Assembly: GCF_036321535.1 (NCBI RefSeq)
Contig: NC_087447.1
Span: forward strand, 32,552,001-32,616,000
DNA length: 64,000 bases
Origin: Camelus dromedarius
Lineage: Eukaryota
Reading direction: 5' to 3'
Each line of letters begins with the position of its first letter. Positions within the stretch are counted from its first letter, which is position 1. The notes below the pieces were generated by a model. That model made no database searches and was not told the DNA's origin. It saw only the letters and a program-made list of their open reading frames with translations. A program made the position numbers and the translations under genes. Positions 29,501 through 42,995 of this stretch are shown here, one piece after another.

Positions 29501-30352
29501 TGCTGGCATAAGAGAAACCTTTTTTTCTTTCTTCCTTGGATGCAGTATAGAACTGCACTCTCATCCTGCTCCTCTTCCAACTCCACCTCTGGGCAGCTGA
29601 TATTGTCCTCTACCTGCTAACTGGAGTTGCTCTCAGGGTGACCAGAGTTGTGGGCAGTAGACTTTCAGAAGGTGGGAAAGTTACCTCCATAAATACTGAC
29701 CAAGTCCCACTGGCTTCTCCAAATTCCACTCTGCACAGAGCCAGACAGAACCCAATAAATGTGTATGCTGTGTGTAATGAACCTTGCTTAAAATGGGATG
29801 TGTTTTTGAAGCCAGGAAACGGGGAATTCCAATTTAAGCCTCAGTATTGCACAGTGAGGTACATATTACGTTCCTACGTTGAAGTTCACAAAGATCAAGT
29901 ATGAAGACCTCACGTTATAGGGCAAGTGTGTATTCTCAGCAGTCTAATTTTTTTTTATAATAAATGGATTCTTTTAAAGTTAAGGTTTAAATTCTGCTTA
30001 TTGTACTCTTGAAAGCACATGTGACTTCTCTAATTGGTTATGATCCATTAAAGGCAAATCTTAACTTTAGACACAAGTACAAACACACTTGCTCACTAGT
30101 TTTTACAAATATGATCATACTTAACTGAAAAATTACCAGTGAGTGCTGTTTATCTATAAAGCCAAATTTTGAGACTATTCAAAGGAGTTTTGCCAACAGT
30201 AAATTATCAAGATTGAAAACAAAAGCATAAAACAAAAACACTAGAGCTTTCCCAAATCTGCCCTGATTTTTTTTTCTTTTCTAAACCATAAGTTAAATTC
30301 TCTAAGCCCAAACATCTCTGCTTCATGCCAGTCTCAGCCTGTCAATAACCAG

Positions 30353-30828
30353 TGTTGTGCCTAGACTGGTCCTTGTGGTTCTTATTATGATTCTTACTAA
30401 GACACCCTCAGCAAGAACCATCAGGCAATCTTGAAAAAAAAGGTTTATTACTTACAGGTCCTGGATTATATGGTGCAGCTGGGGTCATACAGCAAGGTTG
30501 TGAGGAGAGAGAAAGAGAGGGAGAGAACCTGGGGCTCTGCTCTTATTGGGGTCAAGGGTGGGGGCCTAGGGTTTCTCTTTATTGGTAAATTTAAAGCAAG
30601 GGGCCCAAATGGTCAGTTATGGAAACCAATCAAGATCTAAAACAAGGGACCTTGGAGGGTGGGGTGGTGGGAACTTGCTTTTTATCTAGTGGCATGGCTG
30701 GTAATGTGTTTATTAGAGAGCTGTATTTGAAGTGGATGCCTCTTTGAAGTAGATACGTTGACAATCAAAGCTTAAGTCAGGCACTTGCATAGCAAAAAGA
30801 AAACCCAACTGTCAAGGCTCACACTACA
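30353..30828 (-). mobile_element. ERV solo LTR
   Basis: Inverted termini TGTTGTG...CACTACA, tttatt polyA signal on minus ~30443, attgg (CCAAT) boxes. Confidence 0.7.
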
Positions 30829-32554
30829 AGCATAGGCTTTTGATGGATTTGCTGTTTTTGTTTATCTTTTTTCTTTTTTCACTTGTAAGGCATCACGTCT
30901 GTGTTGACAATATATCATGTTTGTGTTGACAGTAGACCCATTCCATATAGCATATTAACAATTCAACGTTATTTTGGAATGGTGGAATGGCCTTTGAGTA
31001 CACTAGACATGAGCTTGGACCATCTATCCATTTACTCAAAAAACCAAAAACAAAAGCAAAAACAAAACAACCTTCACCCAGTGAACAGAGACCATCGTCT
31101 TTGTCTAATGATAGACAAAGACAATCTGTGGCCAGTGATCACTTTTACTGGAGCTTCAACTTGGTTTGTGGTATATATGAATTAGCAGGTACTATAGAGG
31201 GATGCTCAAGGAACTAAAACAAATTGTTTACTGGCCATATATTAAAAGCTGGCTTTGAGAGGCCTGGGCCACTGATCCATTTGCTTCAAAGCCACACTAC
31301 CTCCATCTGTGCTGTCGTCCCTCACCCCAGCTGATAGTTCTTGGGTTAAACATGGCTCTGAGGCTTGGAGCTTAAATCAAATTATTTTTCTTACTGTTAA
31401 CCCCCTGGCATCTCCTTTTACAGTGCCTAAGGGTCACCTCTATTATATTGTGTTTCTTCCCAGCCACCACAGTGAAAGGTTATGTCTCTGTTTGCCTGGT
31501 CTTTGTCACGGTTTTCAAATTCTTTAGGCTGGTGACATTATGTTTCATGTCAGCCTTAACGTGGTCAATCAAAGTGCCATGAAAGTAAATGCCTGAAATC
31601 ACAGAATTCCAGAATAGTTCCACTTCTGTAAAATTGCCAGCAGTCCTCAAGACCCTATCGAAATAGTTTTCAACTACTAATGCCAAGTTATACAGAAAAG
31701 CTTTGGCAAATATATCAGCATGTGATATATTACAGCTGACACTTTAAAATTTTTTTCTCTTGAGTACTAAAGCAGAAGGTGGGTTTTTATTTTTACTGTC
31801 AATAATTTTATTCATCGGATTGACACTAGAGATATAATTGATCTGTCAGTTGATACAATTAAGTGCTAATTATATTAGTTTGTTTTACGCTATAATGTAT
31901 GGCTACAGAAGAGGGAAAGTGGGGGGCAGAATAGAAATAGAAGTAAAGATTGTTTTGCATGTTACTAATATGATGTAATCTTTTGGATTCTTTTCTAGCT
32001 CTTACAGCTAAGATGTCATCATTCCATATTTTCAGTTTGGGGTAAGGGTCATGAATTAAGTTCAACAAAAGCTGACAGTTATTCAATTCAGGCAAACCGC
32101 AGTCAAGACAATGCAAAGAACACAGGCAGGTACCAGAGGTCCAGGAAAGCACAAGATGTTAAATCCAAAAAGTGGACCTCAAAAGAAAAAAAAAAAAGTG
32201 GTAAACAACCAAAGCTATTAAAACAAGGAACAGATAGGAACTTAAAAGTCCTTGGTCATCAAAATTCAGAAACTAAACAGCTGCATTTAATGCATGGGCT
32301 ATTAACAGCCAAACCTCTCTTTTGTTTTGTTTTGTTTTCCTTCCATCCTCTTCATTTCTAGTAGAAGATCTCATCTGTCTTGAATCATATTCCCAGAGAC
32401 TTGATTCTTTTTTCTTGACTCTGTTTCCCAGAGACTGCTGACTGGACTGCTTGGGCTCGGATGCTCCTGTGAAGATCAGTGGTTCTAGGCCCTTGCTTAC
32501 ATTATGATCACCTGAGCTGGGAAGAGCCCAGTCCCTGCCACATACCAATAAACC

Positions 32555-32740
32555 AAATAGCACAGCCTTTGGTACACAACATGTGGTCCCTGAGTGAGCG
32601 AGCAGCATCAGCATCATCTAGCAGCATGTTAGGGATGCAGACTCCCAGGCCCAACCCCAGACCTGCTGAATGCAAATGCATCTCAAAGAGATCTCCAGAT
32701 GATTTACACGTGCATTAAAGTTTGAGAAATGCAGCTCTAG
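32555..32740. mobile_element. MER5A-like DNA transposon
   Basis: agcagcatcagcatcatct...atgcagactcccaggcccaaccccagacctgctgaat...aagtttgagaa. Confidence 0.8.
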
Positions 32741-33281
32741 GTCCAGAGATCACCAAATGTTTTCTTTAAAAACACAGACATAAAGCACGGTGAATATATT
32801 AAGCTTTATGGGCCATCTGTAATCTGTTACTTTTTTTTTTTTTTAAACAATGCTTTAGAAATGTAAAAGCATTCGCTAGTTGGGCCATTCAAAATCAGAA
32901 CATCACTGTATTTAGATCACATTATAGTTTAATGAGACAATTTACTAATGAAGAAATTAAAGGTTAGAGTTTAAATTTCTTACTTAAGATGAGAGAGTAG
33001 CAGAGTGGGAACTAGAATCCAGACTTCCTTTATTCTTTCCAAGGTTATATTCTGCCTCTTTTCAACATTTTTACATTCCTTACGGGTGTTTGCATTGACT
33101 GTGTCCTAAAGAGAACAAAGATCAAATACTACATTAGCAAGTAATACCTCCACTTATATAGTGCTGGTATCTGCCAGACATTGGACTAAGCTTTCAGCAT
33201 ATGTGAACTACTTTAATAATGTGCATATAATTGTTATGTGGAGTTACTGTCATCATCTCCATTTTCATTTGAGGAATCAAA

Positions 33282-33520
33282 AGACTGGGATTTCAAAATT
33301 TGTAGATACTGACAGGCATATGCAGAATAAATAAACAAGATTATACTGTATAGCACAGGGAAGTGTGTACAAGATCTTGTGGTAGCTCACAGAGAAAAAA
33401 ATGTGACAATGAATATATGTATGTTCACGTATAACTGAAAAATTGTGCTCTACACTGGAATTTGACACAACATTGTAAAATGACTATAACTGGATAGAAA
33501 AATGTAAAAAAAAAAAAAAA
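33282..33520 (+). mobile_element. Young L1 3' end with poly(A)
   Basis: Reverse complement of the 12.5/24.1 kb family; A-tail at ~33506-33520. Confidence 0.9.
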
Positions 33521-33529
33521 GATTAATAG

Positions 33530-36500
33530 GAATGGCATCAAGTTGTCAAGAGTAGGAAGACCCTGAACTCACCTCCCTCAAAGAACTCATCAAAACTGCA
33601 ACTTGATGTAAAGCATCTCCCTCTGAAAATGACTTGAAGACTAGCAGAATGGCTCTTCCTCAACCAAAGTTACAAAGAAAAAACCTCGTGGAGTTTGGTA
33701 GAAGGGGGAAGTGATCTAGTCAGGATTCACACCTCTGTTGGGTAACCCAAAAGAGGAGTGGGATCTCAGAGGCTCTGGCATTTTCCCTCAAATGTGAGGG
33801 GCTTGAGCTCCACATTGGGCCCCCCAGCCCTGGGGTCTGGCACTAGAAAGGTGAGCCTCTTTGGTTGGTTGGAAAACTAGTAGGGCTTGCTGGAAGGCTG
33901 TAGGAAACTGGGACTCCACTCTTCAAATGCATGCACAGACTTGCTTGCTCCCAGTCCCAGCACAGAGGCAGCAGATTGAAAACTGCCTGGTGTTCTGGCC
34001 AGGGTGCCAGGACTCCCCAGCATGCCTCCCAGATCACACCGGGTCTAGCCCCAGCCTTACTCCCAGTAAAGGCAGCAACTACCATTGCACCTTGGGAGAA
34101 GCCAAGGCTCATGCCACAACCCTACTCCAGCCACCTGGGTCCTGGCCCTGCCCCCTAGCCAAGGCAGAGACTGCCATTAAGCAGGGAAGAAGCAAGCTGA
34201 GCTTGCTCAGCCCTATAGGCCCCAGCCTTGCCCCTGGCCAAGGTGGCAATTGCCATCACACCTGGGAAACGTACTGGTTTGCCCTGGGTTCCAGCTCTAG
34301 CGTATGTGGCCCCAGCACTATCCAGCACAGAGGTCGTGACCTCTAACACATCCCAGGAGAAAAGGCAGCTCATGTTCACTTTGGATCCAGCTCTCCCACA
34401 AAGCTACCTGGCACAGGCAGATTGCATAGGAACACTCCTATACAAGCACATACCTTCAAGGCTGAAGTAGGTAACTGGTCACCTAATTTCACAGAGAGTT
34501 GAAAAAAAGAGAGAGAGAGAGAAAAGGCAGAGGAATATGAAACAGATATAACTAACTTACCTGATAAAGAGTTCAAAGCAATAGTCATAAAAATTCTGAT
34601 TGAATTCAGGAAGAGAATAGAGGAATACAGTGAGACCTTCAACAAAGAACTATAAAATATAAAAAAGAATAAATCAGAGGTTAAGAATGCAATAACTGAA
34701 ATGAAAAATACACTAGAAAGAATTAACAGCAGATTAGATGATGCAGGAGAATACATAAGTGACCTGAGAGAATAGTGGAAATCGCCCAATCAGAACAGCA
34801 AAGGAAAAAGAAAAATGACAAAAGTTTAAGGGACTCTTGGGGCAATATCATTCGTACTAACATTTGCATTATAGGGTCCTAGAAGGAAAAGAGAGAGAAA
34901 AGAACTGAAAATATATTTGATGAAATTGTGGCTGAAAACTTCCTGAACAAGCAAAAACTAAGAGTTCATCACCACTAAACTGACCTTCCAAGAAACAAGA
35001 AAAACGTCAAATAGAAATCTATCCTTACACCTAAAGGAACTAGAAAAAGAAGAACAAAGCCCAAAGTCAGCAGAAGGTAGGGAATAATAAAGATCAGAGT
35101 GGAAATAAATAAAATAGAGATCCTCCAAAAAAAGCCAGTAGAAAAGATCAATAAAAATAAGAGCTAGTTTTTTGAAAAGCTAAACAAAATTGATAAACTT
35201 TTAGTCGAGCTCATTAAGAAAAAAAAAAGAGACAGGGCCCAAATAAACAAAATTATAAATGAAAGAGAAGTTACAGCTTATACCACAAAATACAATCACA
35301 AGGGAATACTGCAAACACTTACATGCCAACAAATTGCACAACCTAGAAGAAATTGATAAGTTCCTACAAATGTATAATCTTCTATGACTAAATTAGGAAA
35401 AAAAAAAACGAAATCTGAACAGACTAATTACTAGTAATGAAATTGAGCCAGTTGTCAAAAAACTTCTAACAAACTGAAGTCCAGAGTCAGATGGCTTCAC
35501 AAGGGAATTCTACCAAGGATTTAAAGAGAAGTTAACACCTATCCCTCTCAAACTATTCCAAAAATTGAAGAGGAGGGAACATTTGCAATCTCATTCTACA
35601 GGGCCGGCATTACCTGAACCAAAACCTGACGAAGGCACTGCAAAAAAGAACTTACAAGGCAATATTCCTGATGAGAATAGATGCAAAAACCCTCAGCAAA
35701 ATGTTAGCAAATGAAATTCAGCAATACATAGAAAAAGTCATATATCGTGATCAAGTGGGACTTATTCCAGGGATGTAAATATTTTTCAATATCTGCACAT
35801 CAATCAACGTGATACACCTTAACAAGCAAGGGATAAAAATCACAAAACCATCTCAACAGATTCAGAAAAAGTGTTTGACAAAATTCAATGTCCATTCACA
35901 ATAAAAACTCTCAAAAGAGTTGATAAAGAGGGAACATACCTCAACATAATAAAGGCCATTCATGACAAACCGACAGCTAACATCATACTCAGTAGTGAAA
36001 AGCTGAAAGATTTTCCTCTCAGATCAAGATCAAGAAAAGGATGCCCACTCTCACCACATCTGCTTAACGTAGTGCAGAAGTCCAAGCCACAGAAGTCAGA
36101 CAATAAAAAGAAATAAAAAGCACCTAAATTGGAAGGGAAGAAGTCTAATTATTAATCTTTACAGGTGACATAATACTTTATATAGAAAACCCTAGAGAGT
36201 CCATCAAAAACTATTAGAACCAATAAATGAATGCAGTAAATTTTCAGGACACACAATTAATATGCAGAAATTTGCTACATGTCTATACACAAATAACAAA
36301 ATATCAGAAAGCGAAATAAAGAAAACAATCCCATTTACAACTGAATCAAAAGTAAGCAAATATCTAGGAATAAATTTAGCCAAGGTGAAAGACGTGTAGT
36401 ATGAAAACTGAAAGACATTGATGAAGAATACTGAAGACAATAAATATACATGGAGAGGTATTCTCTGTTCATGGATTGGAAGAATAATATTGTTAAAATG

Positions 36501-37480
36501 TCCATCCTACCCAAAGCAATCTACAGATTTAATGCAATCCCTGTCAAAATACCCATGATATTTTTCACAGATCTAGAAGAAATAATCCTAAAATTTGTGT
36601 GGAACCACCAAAGACTCCAAACAGCCAAAGCAATCCTGAGAAGAAAGGAACAAAGCTGGAGGTATTATGCCCCCTGAGTTCAGACTACACTATAAAGCTA
36701 TAGTGTGCAAAACAATATGGTACTAGCACAAAAACCGACACGTAAGTAAATGGAACAAGATAGCCAGAAATAAACCTACACATGTAAGGTCAGTTAACCT
36801 ACGGCAAAGGAGACAAGAATATACAATAGAGAAAAGACAGTCCCTTCAATAAGTGGTATTGGGAAAGCTGAACAGCTTCATGTAAAAGAATGAAACTGGA
36901 ACATTTCTCACACCCTATAGAAAAGTAAACTCAGGATTGATTAAAGACCTGAATGTAAGACTTCAAACCATAAAACTTCTAGAAGAAAGCATAGGCACCA
37001 CGCTTCACCATCATTGACTGATGAATGAATAATGAAGTCCTAGTATGTATGTACAGTGGAATATTACTCAACCATAAAATATAATGAAATCTTGTCATTT
37101 TTGACTACATGGATAGACCTGGAGAGTATTACGCTTAGTGAAATAAGTCAGAAAAAGAAAGACAAGTACAGTATGATTTCACTTACATGTGGGGTCTAAA
37201 AGATAAAGCAAATGAACAAATATAACAAAACCAAATAGACTCAGACAGAGAACAAACCAGTTGTTCCCATGGGGTGGGGGAGAATGGCAAGATAGATGAA
37301 GGGGATTCAGAGGTATAAACTACTAGGTATAAAATAAGTTACAATGAGGTATAGTACAGGGAATATAGTAAATATTTTGCAGTAACTTTGTATGGAGTAT
37401 GATGTATAAAAATACTGAATTACTAAGTTTTATACCTGAAACCATCACAGTATCATAGGCCAATTATACTTCAACTTAAG
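33530..37480 (+). mobile_element. Older L1 with 5'UTR, partial ORF1, partial ORF2 (RT) and 3'UTR; internally deleted, non-coding
   Basis: ORF2 remnants [13 protein letters not shown]...KPTANIIL...GCPLSP and [25 protein letters not shown]1 coiled-coil remnant ~34520-34975; many stops and frameshifts. Confidence 0.93.
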
Positions 37481-39234
37481 AAAAGTTAAATAACTTGCCA
37501 AGGTTCACAACTAATGAATGATAAAGCTAGGACCATTATACTCCTAGGCTCCCATGTGGACCCACCACACTTAATTCTTTTTACATTATTCCATAAGGAA
37601 TAAAAACCTATAAACACTGTGTTTCCCAACCTTGAGTTAGTATCAAAATCACCTATGGTACTTCTTAAAAATGTGGACATTTGGACACTACTTTTGTCGA
37701 TTCTGGTTCAATAGATCTGTACTGAAGCCTAGGGGTCTGTATTTTAATTGAACTTCATAAGTGCTTCTGGAGCCCAGTAAAGTCTGCATTTTATTAGTAT
37801 TTTATTAGCATGCATTTTATTAGCCTGAGACCTCATGACTGCAAGTGTTGAGAAAGTTGACAGAGTCTAGATTGTAATTCTAAAACACAAAGAGTAAGTT
37901 TCATATGTTTGAGAACATTCAAAAGTATCTTTAAATCCAGTCCAGCTCTGCTGAGGCCCTGATGCCCTGCCTAATGCATCCCATTTGGGGGTTTGGGAGA
38001 AAGGGACTGGATCCTGCTGTCTTATTATCCCCTTATTGGATATAGTCTTGTTATGGACAGATTGTTTGGAACCACGAAGTTACCTTATGCTTCCAGAGGT
38101 CTCAGAATGTACCTTGCTCATGGTTGGGACTCTCACCATGGTCCATTGTCTGGACCATGGGGCACTGTATGGAATGACCAGCTGCTCTGATGGTCTCTGA
38201 AGTTGGTTATTTTCTCTAGATTGGAAACCACAGAGCCCCAGATTCCATTCCTTTTCCAATAGCTTACAAGCATGACTTCAGTAAATAAACACTCTTCATT
38301 GTCAGGAAATGCCCTCATATCTATGTCTCTAGCAACTAGCCTTGCCTACTGAAACTTTGCAATCTGCTTAGAACTGCCCCAGCACCTTGCAAAGTTCCCT
38401 TCTGACCACTGTAAGTTATAACAGCCAACCTTTCTACAACTGGCTCTGAAATAATACTCTTGATTTTCCTTCATTGCCAGTCTTCTCCCAGATCATCTCT
38501 CACTGCCCCGAGAACATTAAGCTTAATTCTCACTCTCCTCCCTGTGTTTCTTTCATATGGCAGAGATCCTGTTAACCACTGGGCCTTCAGCCCCCACTTA
38601 CTGTTCCACAGTACCAAGCAGTTGGCTAGGAAATTTATAGAGCAGTTGGTTAAAAACTCTTAAATCAATCTGGATTTTTAAAACTGGAGACTGCCTTTGG
38701 CAGCAACCTTCTTAAGCATCTTGCTTGGCTGGTATTTTTAATTAACACAGCTAAATGCCTTGTAGTATTAGTCCAGACCAGCAGGACAAAATTAACAGAG
38801 AGACAAAGGCAGAGATGTTGACAGGGATGAGAACCAACTTGGGAGAGCTTGGTCTTAATCTTACTGCAAGGTTAAACAAAGAATCCCCAAATCCTTCAAA
38901 GCATTGCCCCTTTCAGGCCTTGATAATGAAGTTGCTAACCTTTAGTAGCAAGTTCACTGGGGTGATCCAGGCTCTGGGGATTTTGAAAGTGAAAGATTAG
39001 AATTAACTTATGCCAAACAGCTCACTATCAAAAATACCTACTCAACATTCAGCAACTACTCACTAATAACAGTATTTTAAGTTGACAAAGTATTATTAAT
39101 GTGTGGATTTGTTTCATTCTCCAAACAACCCTGGAGGTAAATATTACTATCCCAGTTTTTGGGTAGAGAAACTGAGACTCAAATGCTTTAATCAAAATTT
39201 TCAGGGGATAAAGATGTCAGTAAACAGAATCAAA

Positions 39235-39337
39235 AAAATTTTTTTACTTAAATGTTTTCAATTTAAATATTTTTATTGAAATATAGTTGATTTACAATGT
39301 TTTGGGTGTACAGTTTTATATATATATAAAACTAAAT

Positions 39338-39384
<47 letters not shown>

Positions 39385-39761
39385 CACACATAAGTATGTA
39401 TTCTTTTTCAGATTCTTTCCATTATAGGTTATTACAAGATATTGAATATAGTTCCCTGTGCTATACAATAGGTCTTTGTTGTTTATATACAGTAGGGTGT
39501 ATCTGTTAATCCCAAATTACAAATTCATCCTTCCCTCCTTTCTGCTTTGGCAACCATAGGTTTGTTTTCTATGTCTGTGCATCTGTTTCTGTTTTATAAA
39601 TACGTTCATTTGTATCATTTTTTTAGATTACACATATTAGTGATATTACATGATACTTGTTTTTGTCTGTCATAGTTCACTTAGTATGATAATCTCTAGG
39701 TCCCCCCATGTTGCTGCAAATGGCATTATTTCATTCTTTTTTATGGCTGAGTAATAGTCCA

Positions 39762-39805
<44 letters not shown>

Positions 39806-40155
39806 GTGTATATCACATCTTCTTTATCTAGTCATCTGTTGATGGACGTTTAGGTTGCTTCTATGTCTTGCCTGTTGACATAGTGCCCCTATGAACACTG
39901 GAGAACCTGTGAAGTATAATTTTTCCCCCATTTGTGTGTCACCCATCTGGGGGCTATGGGATTTAATTATATTGCAAGTATGCCCCTTCTACTAGTCTCA
40001 TTGTGGTTCTTTCTTTGTGTCTTTAGCTGTAGAAGATCTTTTCTGTTAGGTTCCAGTTCTTTACATCGATGGTTGTTCTGCAGATAGCTGTGATTGTGGT
40101 GTGCTCATGAGAGGAAGTGAGTTCAGGGTCTTTTTACTCGACCATCTTGGCCATA
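39235..40155 (-). mobile_element. Bipartite L1: 5'UTR start joined directly to 3' end; contains (TA)n and (TG)n
   Basis: 39905-40150 reverse complement begins caagatggtcgagtaaaaagaccctgaactcac, matching the L1 5' end at ~33540; 39235-39900 is L1 3'UTR. Confidence 0.8.
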
Positions 40156-42510
40156 GTTCTGGAGTGAAAAAATAATTCATCTATTCCAATTTAAGTTACC
40201 TATAATGACACTGTGATCACATTATATTCTATCCAATTTAGTGAGGATTCTAACCAATGAGCAAATTTCCAGTGGGAAGTGCTTCCTAACTAAAGGAAAA
40301 GGGACCACTCAGCATAGCACACATGATCAAGCCATCCAGCACAGAATATGCAAGAGGCATGTCTTCTGCTATGGCTTAATTTAAGCTTGCACTAATAGAG
40401 ACATTGGGAATTATAGCTCTTTTTGTTCCCTCTTGGTAAGAATTAGCTTGGGTTATGATCAAACTGGCTTGAGAGGGTATATTGGTATTTTTAAAGCAAC
40501 AATATAGAGAAAGGGAAAGGAATAAAAAAGAGTCAGAGCTCCAGATTGGGAATGAGTACAAATGCAATGAAGACTCAAACTGGTTGACCTGTTCCTTCCC
40601 AGTATGTCTCCTTCTTACTGTTAGTGTTTATAAAATGTTCTATTATGAAGGTACGACTAGAAAGTAAAATCTTAGCTAGAATTTAATTTATCAGATCATT
40701 CATTTAGTTGCTTATTTTTTTTCTTTCTGAACTATTCTAATCAAGAAAAAGAGACAAATCTCAAGATAACAAGTTGATAATTAAGATAGTTAAAGACAAA
40801 AATAAGGTGTTACCAGTATCTAGGTTGTATCCTGGGGATGGCATACATATAGGTTAACATTCTGCACCTAAATTAACTGTGATCATGGACCCATCCATTT
40901 GTGCTGTGAAGTCTTCACTCTATTTGTGGCTAATTAAAGGGGGCAGTTGTAGGGTGGACTGGTATCCAGGTACTGCAACCTGGATACTGTCACTTAAACT
41001 CAGTGTTTCAATTTGATCATCTATAAAATGAGGATATAATCACTGATTTCAAATAATTATTCAGAAGATTAATTGGGATAATATCTTCAAAATTTTTGTA
41101 ACCTGTAAAGTACTATGTGTTTAATAATGATTGACATTATGTATCAAGCACTATTGTAAGATACCTATAAATACACACATACACGTTAATTTTTGGGTAT
41201 TTATTCATTTAATCTTCACAATTACATATGTTAAAAGATATTATCCATTTTAAATGTGGGGAAACTAGAGTACAAAGAGTTTCTATGCATACAATAATGA
41301 TTATTATTCATTCAAAAATATCTGTTAAGCACATACTTTGTATCAAGTACTTCTCTCCTTTAATCTTTTTTTCTCTTATCTCCACTGTCTTTCTATTTGT
41401 CCTTCCCTTCCTCCTTCTCCCCCTTTTTCTCCTTCTTCAGACAATAGAGAGAGAATGCTAGACTCAAAGACCAAAGATCTGTGCCATGTCCTGGTGTTAC
41501 GTGATCCTGAGCAAATCACCGTGTCTCCTTGTATCTATTTTTTCCAGTCTCATGGGTTGGTTGAAATGATGAGAAGAATAATGTGAAGGTACTTTCTAAT
41601 TTAACAAGCTTATGTGAAGGTAAGGAAGTGAAAGTGTGACCATGTTACCACTGATACTGCAACTACTACTAGATAATTTCTAAGATCCTCTCACTCCTGA
41701 CATCCGAGAGCCTATGACTCTCCATCTCTAACAGCACAGAACTGATGCAGAGGATGATGACTCAGGGAGCCATCCAGTCTCAAAGAAAGCAGGCCAGCAG
41801 AGAGGAGTGCAACTTCTGGTTAGCCAGAAAATGAAAACGGCTAAGCCATGCTTTGAACAATCTGGTTTAATGGATGTTTTTAGTCTGTATTGAATAAGTG
41901 CTGATCTGCCTGGGAACCTTATAGGGTAGGAGAGGCAACAGACTACCAACTATGTAAAGGTATACAAGAGCTATGATAGCAATTTGTCACACTTTACTAA
42001 GTGAATTAAGTTATGTGCTCTTACCAGGAAAATATATTGACACGTTGGTCTGAAAGGGCAAGAAATCAGTCAGTTAAACCTGCCCTGTGAAGCACTCATC
42101 TGTGCATGAGGCTGCTGAATAAATGCTTATTGATGATGAGCAAGACGTGATTAGGAATGGGAGAACAGTGATAAGCCTTGAAAACATTGATCTGAAAAAT
42201 CTTTGGTCACAATTGTAGCCCACTTAACAGATTTGTGAAAAGTCCTGGTGTTTTTTGTTTAATTTAGGCACAATTAGTAAGCCTTGACCTTGTTAGAGGC
42301 ATAAGGCTACCTCTGGTGGTACGGCAAATGACTGCTGCTCTCAAGAAGCTTTGTATTTGTCATATTCGCCACCCTGGTTGTAATGATACATGAAGTCTCT
42401 TATGGTAAAGAGAGATAAAGACCCAACACTGATAGAGTTTGTAAATTCATTAGTTAATAGAAGTTTTCTAGGACAGATGAGAAGAGAAACCCTAAAGACC
42501 TTGTGCAAAG

Positions 42511-42932
42511 TGTTACAGCATAGTGTTACAGCAGAGCGTTACAGTAACCTGGATCGTGGTGAGAGATCTAGTGACCCTCGGAGGGTTGGAGAACTCAGGT
42601 TTATTATGCTGGCGGGCCCAGAGGAGTTAACGCTCCAAGCTCTGGACCCCAATTGTAGGTTTACACAGGCTTTTATGGGTTACTAGTGAAGACTTTGCAA
42701 CATTTTGCAACATTCTATGCAAATAAGGTGTTAGAAATGGAGCAATCAGGAATGAGCTTTGGGAACCAATAGAATCTTAGGGGTAAGTTCCTTTCTCCTA
42801 GAAGCAAGCCATTTTACAGAAGCACAAAAAGCAAGGTAATGCTGCCAGGCCAGGGAGCTGGACGGCACCGGCAGGAAAGCAGTTGCCCTATCTAGGGGTC
42901 CTGCCAGTCTTTTCATGGGGCTTCCCACCTCA
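42511..42932 (-). repeat. 3' LTR
   Basis: TG...CA; direct repeat of 50973-51438; AATAAA on minus ~42600; outer edge may extend to 42502. Confidence 0.93.
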
Positions 42933-42944
42933 TTGCCCCCTTTT
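42933..42944 (-). other. Polypurine tract
   Basis: aaaagggggcaa immediately before the TG of the 3' LTR. Confidence 0.85.
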
Positions 42945-42995
42945 GATGCTCTCTATAACATCTGAAGTGAGCTTCAACCTTAAGAGTGGTGCCCC

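Noticed and set aside
335..32718. Dozens of 60-125 aa ORFs in the ORF track
   Set aside because: No recognisable domains, low-complexity or repeat-derived, and many use non-ATG starts; expected by chance in mammalian DNA.
33843..34470. Overlapping ORFs up to 161 aa
   Set aside because: GC-rich L1 5'UTR; stop-poor by composition.
42511..42549. CRISPR-like repeat array (TGTTACAGCA units)
   Set aside because: 13-bp tandem units inside an LTR with 3-nt gaps in eukaryotic DNA; no cas genes.
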